Shown one piece after another: positions 19,370 to 29,766 of a DNA stretch of 64,000 bases. This stretch comes from Obrimoposthia wandeli. Its lineage: Eukaryota. Both the position numbers and the translations under genes were made by a program. Within the stretch, counting starts at the first letter, position 1, and every line of letters begins with the position of its first letter. The notes beneath the pieces were generated by a model that did not search any database, had not been told where the DNA came from, and saw nothing but the letters and a program-made list of their open reading frames with translations. The stretch spans positions 310,001-374,000 of the forward strand of contig CDROCS010002469.1 of the NCBI GenBank assembly GCA_977020255.1, in the 5' to 3' direction.

Positions 19370-19700
19370 AAATAACTTAAGCCCCCTTTTCAAATACTAA
19401 GGAAGCAGCGAACAAATCCCATACACCCCTTGCGTAAAGAATTGTTTCTGATTGAGGCAATGGATAGAAGCGAGCGGGCTGCACGGCGAAAACTATTAAT
19501 ATAGAGCAAGAATATTTTGCACTACCCGTAGGGTGACCCTCTAAGCCGTCAACTGCTTTGTCAATAAGTATGTAAAGGAATGGCCATCCATTCACCTTGC
19601 ACCTTGTGTTGGTTTAGCCGCTTAATTATCCACAGGGAACTACTGTGGGCTTATTCGCTACTTCCCTAATACATCACGATGGCTTGATTTCATGCATGCA
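19370..19700 (-). mobile_element. Possible remnant 3' non-coding end (oriIS side) of an IS91/ISCR-family element
   Basis: GC steps from ~30% (19081-19380, 89/300 counted) to ~45% (19381-19680, 134/300). Several short hairpins. The minus-strand end GAAAAGGGGGCTTAAGTT resembles ISCR oriIS ends as recalled from memory. No transposase present. Confidence 0.35.
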
Positions 19701-19703
19701 TGA

Positions 19704-19940
19704 TTAATTATTCAACCATGACTCAATAGCCTCTCTGTGTGGAATAGAGCCACTATGGACATTCTCTTCATTAATGATTACCGCTGGTGTACTCATTACG
19801 CCATACTGCATAATCACTTCTGGATCAGTTTCTTTCTTTATTTGGATATCAATATGTAGCTCATGCGCTATGCTCGAAATCATCTCGATAGTCTTAGTAC
19901 ATTTAGCGCAGCCCGTCCCTAGCACTTTTATTTCTTTCAT
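19704..19940 (-). CDS. Small thioredoxin-like redox protein (MTH895/ArsE-like)
   Basis: IKVLGTGCAKC CxxC motif, YGVMSTPAVIIN, VHSGSIP. Start refined to ATG 19940 after AGGA. Confidence 0.85.
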   Translation of the reverse strand: MKEIKVLGTGCAKCTKTIEMISSIAHELHIDIQIKKETDPEVIMQYGVMSTPAVIINEENVHSGSIPHREAIESWLNN

Positions 19941-19950
19941 AACATTTTCC

Positions 19951-20943
19951 TTAAATAAAGGGGGTAAGAAAATTAAAAATCCAACCAATTAGAGTAAATG
20001 CTGTTAGTAGCAGAACGAAAAGCACTGCCAATAACCGCCACTGCATCACTTGCTTTAATAAAATAAACTCTGGAAAACTTGCGGCAACAGTACTCATGCA
20101 AAAAGCGAGTGTCGTACCAATAGGAAGTCCTTGTTCGATTAAACTTTCCATCACAGGAATCACACCTGTGGCATTAGAATATAGAGGAATACCCAGTAAT
20201 ACTGCAGAAGGGACCGACCACCATTGACCATCACCTAAATGTTCTTGAATCCACCCGTCAGGCACAAAGCCATGTAAAGCTGAGCCTAATCCAACACCGA
20301 TGATAACCCACTTCCATACACGACCAAATATATCTAACGTTTCTTCTTTGGCAAAAATATGCCGTTCTTTTACAGACAAGTTACTTGCCTGTGCGCTGAT
20401 AGAAACCGAAGAGGCTTTTTGACCACGCTCTAAAGCTTTAGCAGCAAATGATTCTAACCAACGTTCCGCTTTGATGACATCAAGAAAAGCCCCCCCTAGA
20501 ATGCCAACTGACATTCCAACGATAATGTAAAGCAGCGTAAACTTCCATCCCAGTAAACTGAGCAACAATAATACAGCCACTTCATTTATTAATGGTGATG
20601 TAATGAGAAATGACATCGTTATACCCACAGGGATACCGGCGGATGTAAAACCCAAAAACACTGGAATGCTTGAACAGGAGCAAAACGGGGTGATTGCGCC
20701 GAAACTAGAGCCTAATAGATAACCGACACCTTTATGCTTACCCGCTAGATAATCACGCACACGCTCTACATTCATCGACGCTCTTAACAAGGCTATTGCG
20801 TAAATCATCACGAGCAGTAAAAAAAATATCTTAGTGACATCTTCAATAAAAAAATGCAGGGCATCACCTAACTTTGTTGCTTTCGATAGCCCGAACACAT
20901 CAACCACTAACCATGTGGCTAAATTGGTAAATACCTCAAACAT
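19951..20943 (-). CDS. ArsP/DUF318-family permease
   Basis: GAITPFCSCSSIP, GIPVGITMSFLITSPL and GIPLYSNA motifs. Start refined to ATG 20943 after GGAG. Confidence 0.85.
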   Translation of the reverse strand: MFEVFTNLATWLVVDVFGLSKATKLGDALHFFIEDVTKIFFLLLVMIYAIALLRASMNVERVRDYLAGKHKGVGYLLGSSFGAITPFCSCSSIPVFLGFTSAGIPVGITMSFLITSPLINEVAVLLLLSLLGWKFTLLYIIVGMSVGILGGAFLDVIKAERWLESFAAKALERGQKASSVSISAQASNLSVKERHIFAKEETLDIFGRVWKWVIIGVGLGSALHGFVPDGWIQEHLGDGQWWSVPSAVLLGIPLYSNATGVIPVMESLIEQGLPIGTTLAFCMSTVAASFPEFILLKQVMQWRLLAVLFVLLLTAFTLIGWIFNFLTPFI

Positions 20944-21651
20944 CAGATTCTCCAAACCAGCTTTATTTAGGGTTAATAAAAAACTAACCAAGTATAACTA
21001 ACCCTGATTGGACATATTACTTAACTCTCCTAATGCACTCATTATCCGCTTGATATGAGTATTGAATTTCACGGGCGCCTTTGTCTTCACTTTCTTGAAG
21101 AAAATAGCAGCGGTCTATTTTCAAGCAAAAAAGGTGCAGCAGAATATTCCTTAATTGCAACTTATCTTTGTTGGATAGCCATTTAAGCTGACATCTTTTA
21201 TGAACTTATAGGGGCGTATTTATTGCGACCATTTCATAAATTTTGACCCTAAATCTATAATAGACCTCTATCTTCAGACTAATCTGAGAATGCTGATCAA
21301 TGAAAACATAATTTAAAGACCTTCAATCCAAATACCAATCTCATTAAATAGTTTTTTAGGATTATTTCATCTACAGTAATTGATCGCTACATGATAGTAT
21401 GTCTTCATAATCAGAAGCCTATGAATTCATTACAATTATCATAAATAGTATTAATTAGCCATAATAAATAATGTTTAATAGCATCCAAAATACTGAAATA
21501 ATACTCTATAGTAAAAGTGTTTAGAGTCAGCAGAAAATAACAATATTTTCAAGTTTTCTGCTGGAAATATCCTGTAGAGTAAAAATGATGAAAAGTCTCA
21601 CACATCATTGCGTTTTCAGTTTTCTAGTCATTAATTAAAAGAAAGAATATC

Positions 21652-22509
21652 ATGATACAACTCTATTTGGATTACTTTGCTCAGCACCTAATTGCCGCTA
21701 CTTTAATCGTTGCCATTTTTTCATTATTAGTCGGTAGTTTTCTCAATGTTGTTATCCATAGAATACCTATTATGATGCAACAAGACTGGGATACTGAAAT
21801 TACGGGCGAGCCTACAAAGGAGCGCTATAACTTAGTAACCCCTAATTCACAGTGCCCTAGCTGCCAACATCAAATAAAATGGTATGAAAACATACCTGTT
21901 TTAAGCTACTTTATATTACTCAGAGGTAAATGCTCTCAATGCAAATCTCCTATTTCTTTAAGGTACCCTGCTATTGAATTGCTCTCTGCTCTTGTCAGCA
22001 TCCCTATTGTTTACACCTTTGGTTTTAATGCTATCACCGGTTATGCACTCATATTTTCTTGGGTGTTGATCGCGCTCACCTTTATCGATTTAGATCATTT
22101 CTTACTCCCCGATAACCTGACTTTGCCACTGCTTTGGTTAGGCCTAATTTTAAATATTAACAACACTTTCACCAGCATTGAGTCCGCTGTATATGGCGCC
22201 GTCGTAGGCTACTTATCTCTTTGGAGCATATATTGGATATTTAAACTTATCACTGGAAAAGAAGGCATGGGTTATGGTGATTTCAAATTGCTAGCCGCTT
22301 TGGGTGCTTGGATGGGCATTACCGCATTACCTATGATAATCCTGATTAGCTCTGTTAGTGGAGTGCTAATTGCGATTCTTTTATCCGTTTTCACTAATAA
22401 GCCTCTCGACAAGCCTATTCCTTTTGGGCCTTATTTAACTATCGCAGGTTTTATTAGCTTGCTTTGGGGACCACAGTTAACACAACTTTACCTAAATACC
22501 GTGCTATGA
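21652..22509 (+). CDS. pilD: Prepilin peptidase/N-methyltransferase
   Basis: GSFLNVVIHR, CxxC pairs (CPSC, CSQC), FIDLD and GMGYGDFKL aspartyl motifs, PFGPYL. Confidence 0.95.
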   Translation: MIQLYLDYFAQHLIAATLIVAIFSLLVGSFLNVVIHRIPIMMQQDWDTEITGEPTKERYNLVTPNSQCPSCQHQIKWYENIPVLSYFILLRGKCSQCKSPISLRYPAIELLSALVSIPIVYTFGFNAITGYALIFSWVLIALTFIDLDHFLLPDNLTLPLLWLGLILNINNTFTSIESAVYGAVVGYLSLWSIYWIFKLITGKEGMGYGDFKLLAALGAWMGITALPMIILISSVSGVLIAILLSVFTNKPLDKPIPFGPYLTIAGFISLLWGPQLTQLYLNTVL

Positions 22510-23144
22510 ATAATGACGATTACAACAGTAGAAACAGTAAAATAGTCGGAATTACAGGTGGCATCGGTTGCGGAAAAACCACCGTTACTGACTTTTTTAA
22601 AAAGAAAAACATTGCCATTATTGATGCTGATATTGTAGCGCGCGAAGTTGTCGGCCCCAATAGTACTGCCTTAGCTGCGATAGTAAAATACTTTAGTCGC
22701 GAAATACTACTTATTGACGGTACTTTAAATAGAGCTAAGCTCAGAGAAATAATCTTCCAGGATAAAGCTCACAAAAATTGGCTAGAGTCACTATTACACC
22801 CTATTATTCGAAGCACGGTACAACAACAACTTGAAAGTGCTCGTCACAGTCATGAATACGTCATCCTTAGCTCACCACTTCTTTTTGAAACAGATCAACA
22901 TCAGTTATGCCAGTTAACTATCACTATAGACTTAGCTTATGAATTACAAATTTCTCGTGCGATGCATCGAGATAACAACAGTCGCGCACAAATTGAGAGT
23001 ATAATAAAGTGCCAAATGCATCCTGACCAAAGATGCGAAAAAGCAGATATTATTATTGATAATAATGGCTCATTAAAAGCGTTACATGATCAAATAAACA
23101 GTATACATCAAACACTATTAATTAAATTTAGTCGCCAGCTATAA
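22506..23144 (+). CDS. coaE: Dephospho-CoA kinase
   Basis: VGITGGIGCGKTTV, IDADIVAREVV, LHPIIR. ATG 22506 overlaps the pilD stop. Confidence 0.95.
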   Translation: MNNDDYNSRNSKIVGITGGIGCGKTTVTDFFKKKNIAIIDADIVAREVVGPNSTALAAIVKYFSREILLIDGTLNRAKLREIIFQDKAHKNWLESLLHPIIRSTVQQQLESARHSHEYVILSSPLLFETDQHQLCQLTITIDLAYELQISRAMHRDNNSRAQIESIIKCQMHPDQRCEKADIIIDNNGSLKALHDQINSIHQTLLIKFSRQL

Positions 23145-23187
23145 CCCATCAAACTAGCTGCGCATAACATAATTTAAAGGAACACTT

Positions 23188-23409
23188 ATGAGCAACACCA
23201 AATTGCCTTGCCCAGAATGTAAAAAATTACTGACATGGAGCACAGATAACCCACACAGACCATTTTGCAGTGAAAGGTGTAAGTTATTAGATTTGGGCGC
23301 CTGGGCCACTGAGAGCTACCAAATTCCTGAAGAGATTGGCTCAGAAGAAGATGATTATAGTACCGGTATGGTTCCGTTAGAAAACTGGAAATCTCCAACT
23401 ATTCATTAA
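23188..23409 (+). CDS. yacG: DNA gyrase inhibitor YacG
   Basis: CPEC ... RPFCSERCKLLDLGAWA Zn-binding motif. Confidence 0.93.
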   Translation: MSNTKLPCPECKKLLTWSTDNPHRPFCSERCKLLDLGAWATESYQIPEEIGSEEDDYSTGMVPLENWKSPTIH

Positions 23410-23512
23410 ATAGAATTTATTCTTTTATTTACTAAATCGCTCGCCTATTTAAAACAAGCAATGAGCCCAGAATCAATTGAACTCATTGCCAAACATCTAT
23501 TACAACTTTAAA

Positions 23513-23914
23513 TCATTGAGCATAAATCAATCGCAATTTTTCAAGTACCGGTTGATTCGCCGCTGGAAACTCAAGTTGATCTAAATCTGCTAATGCAAAC
23601 CATGCTCCCTGCTGACCTTCTTTACCCCAAGGTTCTCCTTGATAATCATCTACTGTGAAAACATCTAATAATATTGCTTTGTCGGGGTATTGAAAGGGGA
23701 TGGAGATAAAAGCTTGTGCGCCAGCTAACTCTATCCCCAACTCTTCAAAGAGCTCACGCTGTAAAGCAGATAAATGACTTTCGCCAACTTCTACTTTCCC
23801 CCCTGGAAACTCCCACAAACCCCCTTGGTGTGCTTTTAGTGCGCGCTTCGTAAGAAACACCTGCCCGCTGCTATTAAAGATTACAGCAGCCACTACCTGT
23901 ATCGTTTTCATCAC
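23513..23914 (-). CDS. mutT: 8-oxo-dGTP diphosphatase (stand-alone Nudix)
   Basis: Nudix box GGKVEVGESHLSALQRELFEELG, HQGGLWEFPG, FPAAN. Confidence 0.9.
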   Translation of the reverse strand: MMKTIQVVAAVIFNSSGQVFLTKRALKAHQGGLWEFPGGKVEVGESHLSALQRELFEELGIELAGAQAFISIPFQYPDKAILLDVFTVDDYQGEPWGKEGQQGAWFALADLDQLEFPAANQPVLEKLRLIYAQ

Positions 23915-23916
23915 AC

Positions 23917-25146
23917 TTAACTACGATAATCAGCATTTATAGATACGTATTCATATGACAAATCTGTAGTCCACACTGCATCTGTCACACTTCCTCTATT
24001 TAGCACAATGCGAATTAATATTTCTTCCTTTGCCATTACAGTAGCTCCTGCCTCTTCAGTGTAACTTAATGCCCGCCCGCCATTTTCAACAATGCAAACA
24101 TCATTCAAATAAATTTGTAATTTTTCTATATCTAAATCTTCTACTCCTGAGCGCCCAACAGCCGCTAATATTCGCCCCCAGTTTGCATCGCTAGCAAACA
24201 GCGCCGTTTTAACGAGTGGCGAGTGCGCCACTGTATAAGCAATATCTAACGCTTCTTTATTACTCGCTGCATTTTCACACAACACTTTAACCAACTTAGT
24301 TGCACCCTCACCGTCTCTTACTATTTGCAAGGCGATCTCTAGCATCAGCGCGTTCAAGTGCTCTTTAAACAGCTCATATAATGGCTTGTCTTCAGCAGTT
24401 ACCTCTAACTCAGACTCTCCTGTGGCAAGTAGCATACAAGCATCATTTGTCGATGTATCCCCATCCACAGTAATACGATTAAAACTTCTATCTGCTGCTT
24501 GTGTTAATAACTGTTGTAACAACGAAGGAGCTATTTTTGCATCGCAAGCTACAAATCCTAACATGGTTGCCATATTGGGCTTGATCATGCCAGAACCTTT
24601 CGAAATACCGGTCATCGTTATTACTTTTCCTTGATACTCAAAAGTAGCACTATGCCCTTTTATACGTGTATCAGTAGTAAGAATACCTGAGGCAGCACTG
24701 TCCCAGTGATCAGCCTCTAACGATGCTATAGCAGTGTCTAAAACCGCAATAATTTTATCGCTTGGCAGTGACTCTCCTATCACACCCGTGGAGAAAGGAA
24801 GTACATCAATATTTTTAACAGATACTTTTTCAGCTAATGCTTGGCAACATTCATTTGCATCAGACATTCCCTGCACACCTGTACCTGCGTTGGCATTGCC
24901 AGTATTAACCAACAGATAACCCTTTTTATTTTGCTGAGAAAAAGCAACTAAATGCTCTTTTGCAACATGTACCGGTGCTGCACAGAATGCATTTTTAGTA
25001 AAAACGCCTGCAATACTGGTATTTTTTGAAAATTCAAACAATACAACGTCAGGTCGAGTTGTTTGCTTAATTCCTGCATTAGCCACTCCAATTCGAATTC
25101 CGTTAATCGGCTGTAATGCGACTGTTTTTCCAAAACCTACTGCCAT
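23917..25146 (-). CDS. argJ: Bifunctional glutamate N-acetyltransferase/ornithine acetyltransferase
   Basis: VNTGNANAGTG, STGVIG, ILTTDT, KGSGMIKPNMATML, DGDTSTND, DGEGATK. Start refined to ATG 25146. Confidence 0.95.
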   Translation of the reverse strand: MAVGFGKTVALQPINGIRIGVANAGIKQTTRPDVVLFEFSKNTSIAGVFTKNAFCAAPVHVAKEHLVAFSQQNKKGYLLVNTGNANAGTGVQGMSDANECCQALAEKVSVKNIDVLPFSTGVIGESLPSDKIIAVLDTAIASLEADHWDSAASGILTTDTRIKGHSATFEYQGKVITMTGISKGSGMIKPNMATMLGFVACDAKIAPSLLQQLLTQAADRSFNRITVDGDTSTNDACMLLATGESELEVTAEDKPLYELFKEHLNALMLEIALQIVRDGEGATKLVKVLCENAASNKEALDIAYTVAHSPLVKTALFASDANWGRILAAVGRSGVEDLDIEKLQIYLNDVCIVENGGRALSYTEEAGATVMAKEEILIRIVLNRGSVTDAVWTTDLSYEYVSINADYRS

Positions 25147-25198
25147 TGCCCTTTCCCCTTTCAATTTCCTGTTATTTAAATGTTCGAAGCCACAAATA

Positions 25199-25224
25199 AA
25201 TAAGAGCGATAAATCGCTCTTATT
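25199..25224 (-). terminator. Intrinsic terminator downstream of secA
   Basis: AATAAGAGCGA-TAAA-TCGCTCTTATT, 11-bp stem with a T-rich tail on the minus strand. Confidence 0.75.
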
Positions 25225-25256
25225 GTGTACCGTTTAATTTATCAGCGATTTAACAC

Positions 25257-28007
25257 TTAGTTAAGCTTGCCATGGCATTGCTTGTATTTTTTGCCCGACC
25301 CACAAGGACAAGCAGAGTTACGTCCTACTTTCTCTGCTTCTCTGACAAAAGGTGTTGAATCTATACTTTCACCCTCTTGAGGGTCATCACTTTCAATCCT
25401 AACACCACCTTCGGTTGTCGCTGATACTGATGCATGCTCAAAATTCATTTGTTGTTCTTGCAGCTTCTGACGACGCAATACTTCTTGCTCTGCCACCTCT
25501 TCAGGCATTTGTATTTGCACATGTGAGAGCACTTTAATTACATCTTTTTTGATATTACCTAACAAATGTTGAAATAACTCAAACGATTCACGCTTGTATT
25601 CCTGCTTAGGGTTTTTCTGTGCATAGCCTCTTAAATGAATACCTTGGCGTAAATTATCCATGGTTTGTAAATGCTCTTTCCACAGCGTGTCCAATACTTG
25701 CAGCATCACTTGCTTTTCAAAGGTACGCATACCTTCAGCGCCCACCATTTCCTCTTTGGCTGTGTAAGCATCACTAATTTCCTGTTGGATTTTAGTGATT
25801 AATGATTCTTCATGTAGCGTATCATCGCTTGCCAACCAAGCTTTTACCGTTAGGTTTAAACCATATTCCGCCTCGATTGATTTTTCAAGTCCTTCGACAT
25901 CCCACTGCTCTTCAATACTTTGCGGCGTGATATAATTAGCAATCGTATCGCCAACAACTTCTTCGCGAATCAAACCAATAGTTTGGGAAATATCGACTGA
26001 AGACATCACTTCATTGCGCTGCGTGTAAATAACGTTGCGTTGATCATTTGCAACGTCATCATATTCAAGTAGTGACTTACGAATATCAAAGTTACGCCCT
26101 TCCACTTTGCGCTGCGCTTTCTCAATGGCATTGCTGACCATTTTATGCTCAATCGCTTCCCCGTGCTCCATACCTAAGGAGCGCATAAACGAGCGCATTC
26201 TGTCAGAGGCGAAGATACGCATAAGATCATCTTCTAATGATAAGAAGAATCGTGAAGAACCTGGGTCGCCTTGACGACCTGCACGGCCTCGTAACTGGTT
26301 ATCGATGCGTCGCGACTCATGTCTCTCTGTACCAATTATATGCAATCCACCAGCGGCGAGAACCGCATTTTGGCGCTCTTTCCAAGCTGCTGTAATAGCT
26401 TCATGTTCAGATTTATCCGCAACATCAAGCTCTGCCTGCAAGCGCCCACCTAAAACAATATCGGTGCCACGTCCAGCCATGTTTGTTGCTATTGTGACAG
26501 TGCTAGGACGCCCTGCTTCAACGATAATATCCGCTTCTCTACCGTGGTGCTTCGCGTTTAATACGTTATGTTTTATGTCTTCTTTAATTAATAATTGCGA
26601 AATCAACTCTGAAGATTCAACAGAGGCAGTACCAACCAATACTGGCTGACCTTTTTGCTGAGTAACTCTAATCTCTTCTATAATTGCCTTATACTTTTCT
26701 TCCATCGTCATATAGATGAGATCGTTCGAATCTATACGCGATACCTCTCTATTCGTTGGAATAACCACCACGGTTAGGCCATAAATTTGTTGCAATTCGA
26801 ACGCTTCAGTATCCGCAGTACCTGTCATGCCAGATAAGTGATCGTAAAGTCTAAAGTAGTTCTGAAAGGTGGTAGAAGCTAGTGTTTGGCTTTCTAACTG
26901 AATATCAACACCTTCTTTAGCTTCTATTGCTTGATGCAGCCCCTCTGACCAGCGTCTTCCGGGCATAATTCTCCCAGTGTGCTCATCGACAATAACCACT
27001 TCATTATTTTGTATAATATAATCTTTATCGCGTTGAAATAGGTTATGTGCTCTTAAGCCTGCTAACACATGGTGTAATAAGTTTAAGTTTTGCGGGGCGT
27101 ATAAACTCTCGCCTTCTTTCAAGAAATCATCTTTAACTAATAACCCTTCCACAAGTTCATGACCTGCTTCTGTTAGATCAATAGTGCGATTTTTCTCATC
27201 CACCACAAAATGCTCTTCGACTACTTGATCAACATCTTTGACGTCGATTTCGCCTTCAAAACGCAATAGTGTAGGAACTAACTTATTAATACCTGCATAC
27301 AGTTTAGAGCTATCTTCCGCTGGACCCGATATAATTAATGGCGTTCTCGCCTCATCGATCAAGATGGAGTCAACTTCATCAATAACAGCGAAGTGAAAAT
27401 CACGCTGTACTTTTTCTTCTATGCTAAACGCCATATTATCGCGTAAATAATCGAAGCCAAATTCATTGTTGGTACCATAGGTAATATCTGCTTGATATGC
27501 AGCACGTTTCACCTGCGGATCTTGTTGAGAGAGAACAACACCTACCGTTAATCCTAACGCTTCATAAAGCGGTCGCATCCAATTAGCATCACGGCTGGCT
27601 AAATAATCATTCACAGTAACTAAGTGCACACCTTTTCCTTGCAGTGCATTCAAGTAAACCGGTAATGTAGCCACTAAAGTTTTACCTTCACCGGTACGCA
27701 TCTCTGCAACACTACCCTGATGAAGAGTCACTCCACCTATCATCTGCACATCAAAATGACGCATCCCCATTGCTCTAACCGAGGCTTCTCTTACTAGAGC
27801 AAATGCTTCAGGTAATAGGTTATCAACACTGGTTTTTCCAGCGCTAATTTGCGCTTTAAAATCTTGAGTTTTTTCTTTAATTTGTGCGTCACTGAGCGCT
27901 TGCATCTGCGCTTCAAAGCTATTTATCTTGGTAACTGTTTTCTGCATTTGTTTTAACACACGTGCATTTTTACTACCAAATACTTTCTTAAAAATAGAAG
28001 TCATCAT
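25257..28007 (-). CDS. secA: Preprotein translocase ATPase SecA
   Basis: [37 protein letters not shown] and C-terminal SEC-C motif [13 protein letters not shown]. Confidence 0.98.
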   Translation of the reverse strand: MMTSIFKKVFGSKNARVLKQMQKTVTKINSFEAQMQALSDAQIKEKTQDFKAQISAGKTSVDNLLPEAFALVREASVRAMGMRHFDVQMIGGVTLHQGSVAEMRTGEGKTLVATLPVYLNALQGKGVHLVTVNDYLASRDANWMRPLYEALGLTVGVVLSQQDPQVKRAAYQADITYGTNNEFGFDYLRDNMAFSIEEKVQRDFHFAVIDEVDSILIDEARTPLIISGPAEDSSKLYAGINKLVPTLLRFEGEIDVKDVDQVVEEHFVVDEKNRTIDLTEAGHELVEGLLVKDDFLKEGESLYAPQNLNLLHHVLAGLRAHNLFQRDKDYIIQNNEVVIVDEHTGRIMPGRRWSEGLHQAIEAKEGVDIQLESQTLASTTFQNYFRLYDHLSGMTGTADTEAFELQQIYGLTVVVIPTNREVSRIDSNDLIYMTMEEKYKAIIEEIRVTQQKGQPVLVGTASVESSELISQLLIKEDIKHNVLNAKHHGREADIIVEAGRPSTVTIATNMAGRGTDIVLGGRLQAELDVADKSEHEAITAAWKERQNAVLAAGGLHIIGTERHESRRIDNQLRGRAGRQGDPGSSRFFLSLEDDLMRIFASDRMRSFMRSLGMEHGEAIEHKMVSNAIEKAQRKVEGRNFDIRKSLLEYDDVANDQRNVIYTQRNEVMSSVDISQTIGLIREEVVGDTIANYITPQSIEEQWDVEGLEKSIEAEYGLNLTVKAWLASDDTLHEESLITKIQQEISDAYTAKEEMVGAEGMRTFEKQVMLQVLDTLWKEHLQTMDNLRQGIHLRGYAQKNPKQEYKRESFELFQHLLGNIKKDVIKVLSHVQIQMPEEVAEQEVLRRQKLQEQQMNFEHASVSATTEGGVRIESDDPQEGESIDSTPFVREAEKVGRNSACPCGSGKKYKQCHGKLN

Positions 28008-28568
28008 GTTGTAGATATCACCAATAAATTTTCATTTAATTTACTAATTCTTTGTAATCTGTCAGTTGTCAATTTCTCATTTGCATGTAGCTTAATAAAA
28101 GCCTACTGTTTATGGCAAATTCATCAATTCAAACAAGAAAATTTAGAATACGATTCGCTGGTTGCTACTGTTAGTAAATCTTAACTGTATTAAATTGTCG
28201 TTATTGTACATTGATGGGGATAGATAATAGAACCTCAAGGGTAAAATAAAAACAATCAAATCAACGACAGCTTTAGCTATTAAAAGAAGTTTTCCTTAAA
28301 AGTAAGTTTTTACTCTCTACACCCTTAATCAGCGCCCTTAAACATGAAACTATTTAACGCATTTCAAGATCCAACTACCAGCAATATTATGCATAACATG
28401 CTTGTTTTTCATTTTAAAAATTCATACAAAGTGAAAGTAACACTGGCTACAAATAGAGGTTACTTCTGGTTGATGCTTAGATAGAGGATATCGAAAAGTA
28501 AAACAGTATTTATAAAAAACAGCGGCTGTTCTGATAAATCTAGTTCCTTGAATTCGTGTACATAAGTA

Positions 28569-28719
28569 CATTGCTGCCCGGTTAAAAAATCTAAACTCTC
28601 TAACTCATTTATTTGTGACTTTTAGCATAGTTAATTGGATTATTTCAGCTACATCACACTTATGATTAACGTAAAATCAATAAGTTATAGAACAACAAAA
28701 ATTAAACCGGACACTAATG
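28569..28719. mobile_element. MITE, copy 2 (151 bp), inverted relative to copy 1
   Basis: Arms match the reverse complement of 14165-14317 at 44/49 and 50/54 nt, centre diverged. Flanks ACATAAGTA / GAATAAGTA (7/9, degenerate TSD). Confidence 0.8.
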
Positions 28720-28831
28720 GAATAAGTAACGGCTTTTATCGAACAACCTTGTTTTTACAAAATATTTAGATTTAGATAGATAATAGGGTAGCTTGTGGCA
28801 GCAACACTTGCAGAAATATACTTATTAAACA

Positions 28832-29716
28832 CTATGCCACGGCGAGATCTTGCTCTGAACAAGTCACTATCTCAAAAGCATCTGTATTAGACAATAACTT
28901 CTTAACTATTTGGTTATTCATAAAATGGCCAGTTTTAAACCCGACAAACTCTCCGATTAAACTATGCCCCAGTAAGTACACATCACCAACGGCATCTAAC
29001 ACTTTATGCTTTGAAAACTCATCCTCAAATCTAAGGCCATCACCATTAAGAATAGATGTTTCATCAACCACAATAGCATTTTCCATACTGCCACCACGCG
29101 CTAAATTATTGGCACGCAAGTATTCAATATCACTCATAAAACCAAAAGTGCGCGCTCGACTAATTTGCTTTATAAAATTTTCACTGGTCAGCTCAAGCTC
29201 ATATTTCATGTTCTTCCCAGTAAAAGCTGGGTGATCAAAATCTATTTCGACACTCAATTTACAACCATTATAAGGCTTAAAGGTTGCTATCTTTCCTTCA
29301 TGAGTAAAGCTCACTTCTTTAATAACTCTAAGGAATTTTTTTAGCGCAAATTGCTCTTTAACACCCGCTGCTTTAATCAAAAATATGAAGGGAGCTGCCG
29401 AACCATCCATAATTGGCACTTCTTCTGCATTGAGTTCTACCACTACGTTATCTATACTCATCGCTGCTAACGCCGACATCAAATGCTCTATTGTCGCCAC
29501 TTTAATATCGTTGTGCACAATATTAGTCGATAAAACTGTATCTTTTACTAGAAATGCATCTGCAGCGATTTCAACGGCTGGATTTAAATCGACACGGCGA
29601 AACACAATACCGCTATCAGCCGGAGCAGGTAGCAAATTAAGATAAACTTTTTCGCCAGTGTGTAAACCTAGTCCGCTCGCCTTAATACTGCTTTTTAATG
29701 TCTTTTGTTTAATCAT
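28832..29716 (-). CDS. lpxC: UDP-3-O-acyl-GlcNAc deacetylase
   Basis: [38 protein letters not shown]. Confidence 0.97.
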   Translation of the reverse strand: MIKQKTLKSSIKASGLGLHTGEKVYLNLLPAPADSGIVFRRVDLNPAVEIAADAFLVKDTVLSTNIVHNDIKVATIEHLMSALAAMSIDNVVVELNAEEVPIMDGSAAPFIFLIKAAGVKEQFALKKFLRVIKEVSFTHEGKIATFKPYNGCKLSVEIDFDHPAFTGKNMKYELELTSENFIKQISRARTFGFMSDIEYLRANNLARGGSMENAIVVDETSILNGDGLRFEDEFSKHKVLDAVGDVYLLGHSLIGEFVGFKTGHFMNNQIVKKLLSNTDAFEIVTCSEQDLAVA

Positions 29717-29766
29717 TTAAAGATTACATTTCCTGTCTTTATTAAAGCTTTACTAACAGTTAACCG

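Noticed and set aside
19377-19595. 72-aa ORF MNGWPFLY...
   Set aside because: No SD or recognisable domain. It lies wholly in the higher-GC segment interpreted as a non-coding mobile-element end.
23145-23187. Absence of zapD between coaE and yacG as further evidence of divisome reduction
   Set aside because: coaE-yacG without zapD is the normal Pseudomonas-type arrangement.
28344-28484. 46-aa ORF MKLFNAFQDP... as a DciA remnant
   Set aside because: Too short, lacks any DciA-like features I can recognise, and has no SD.
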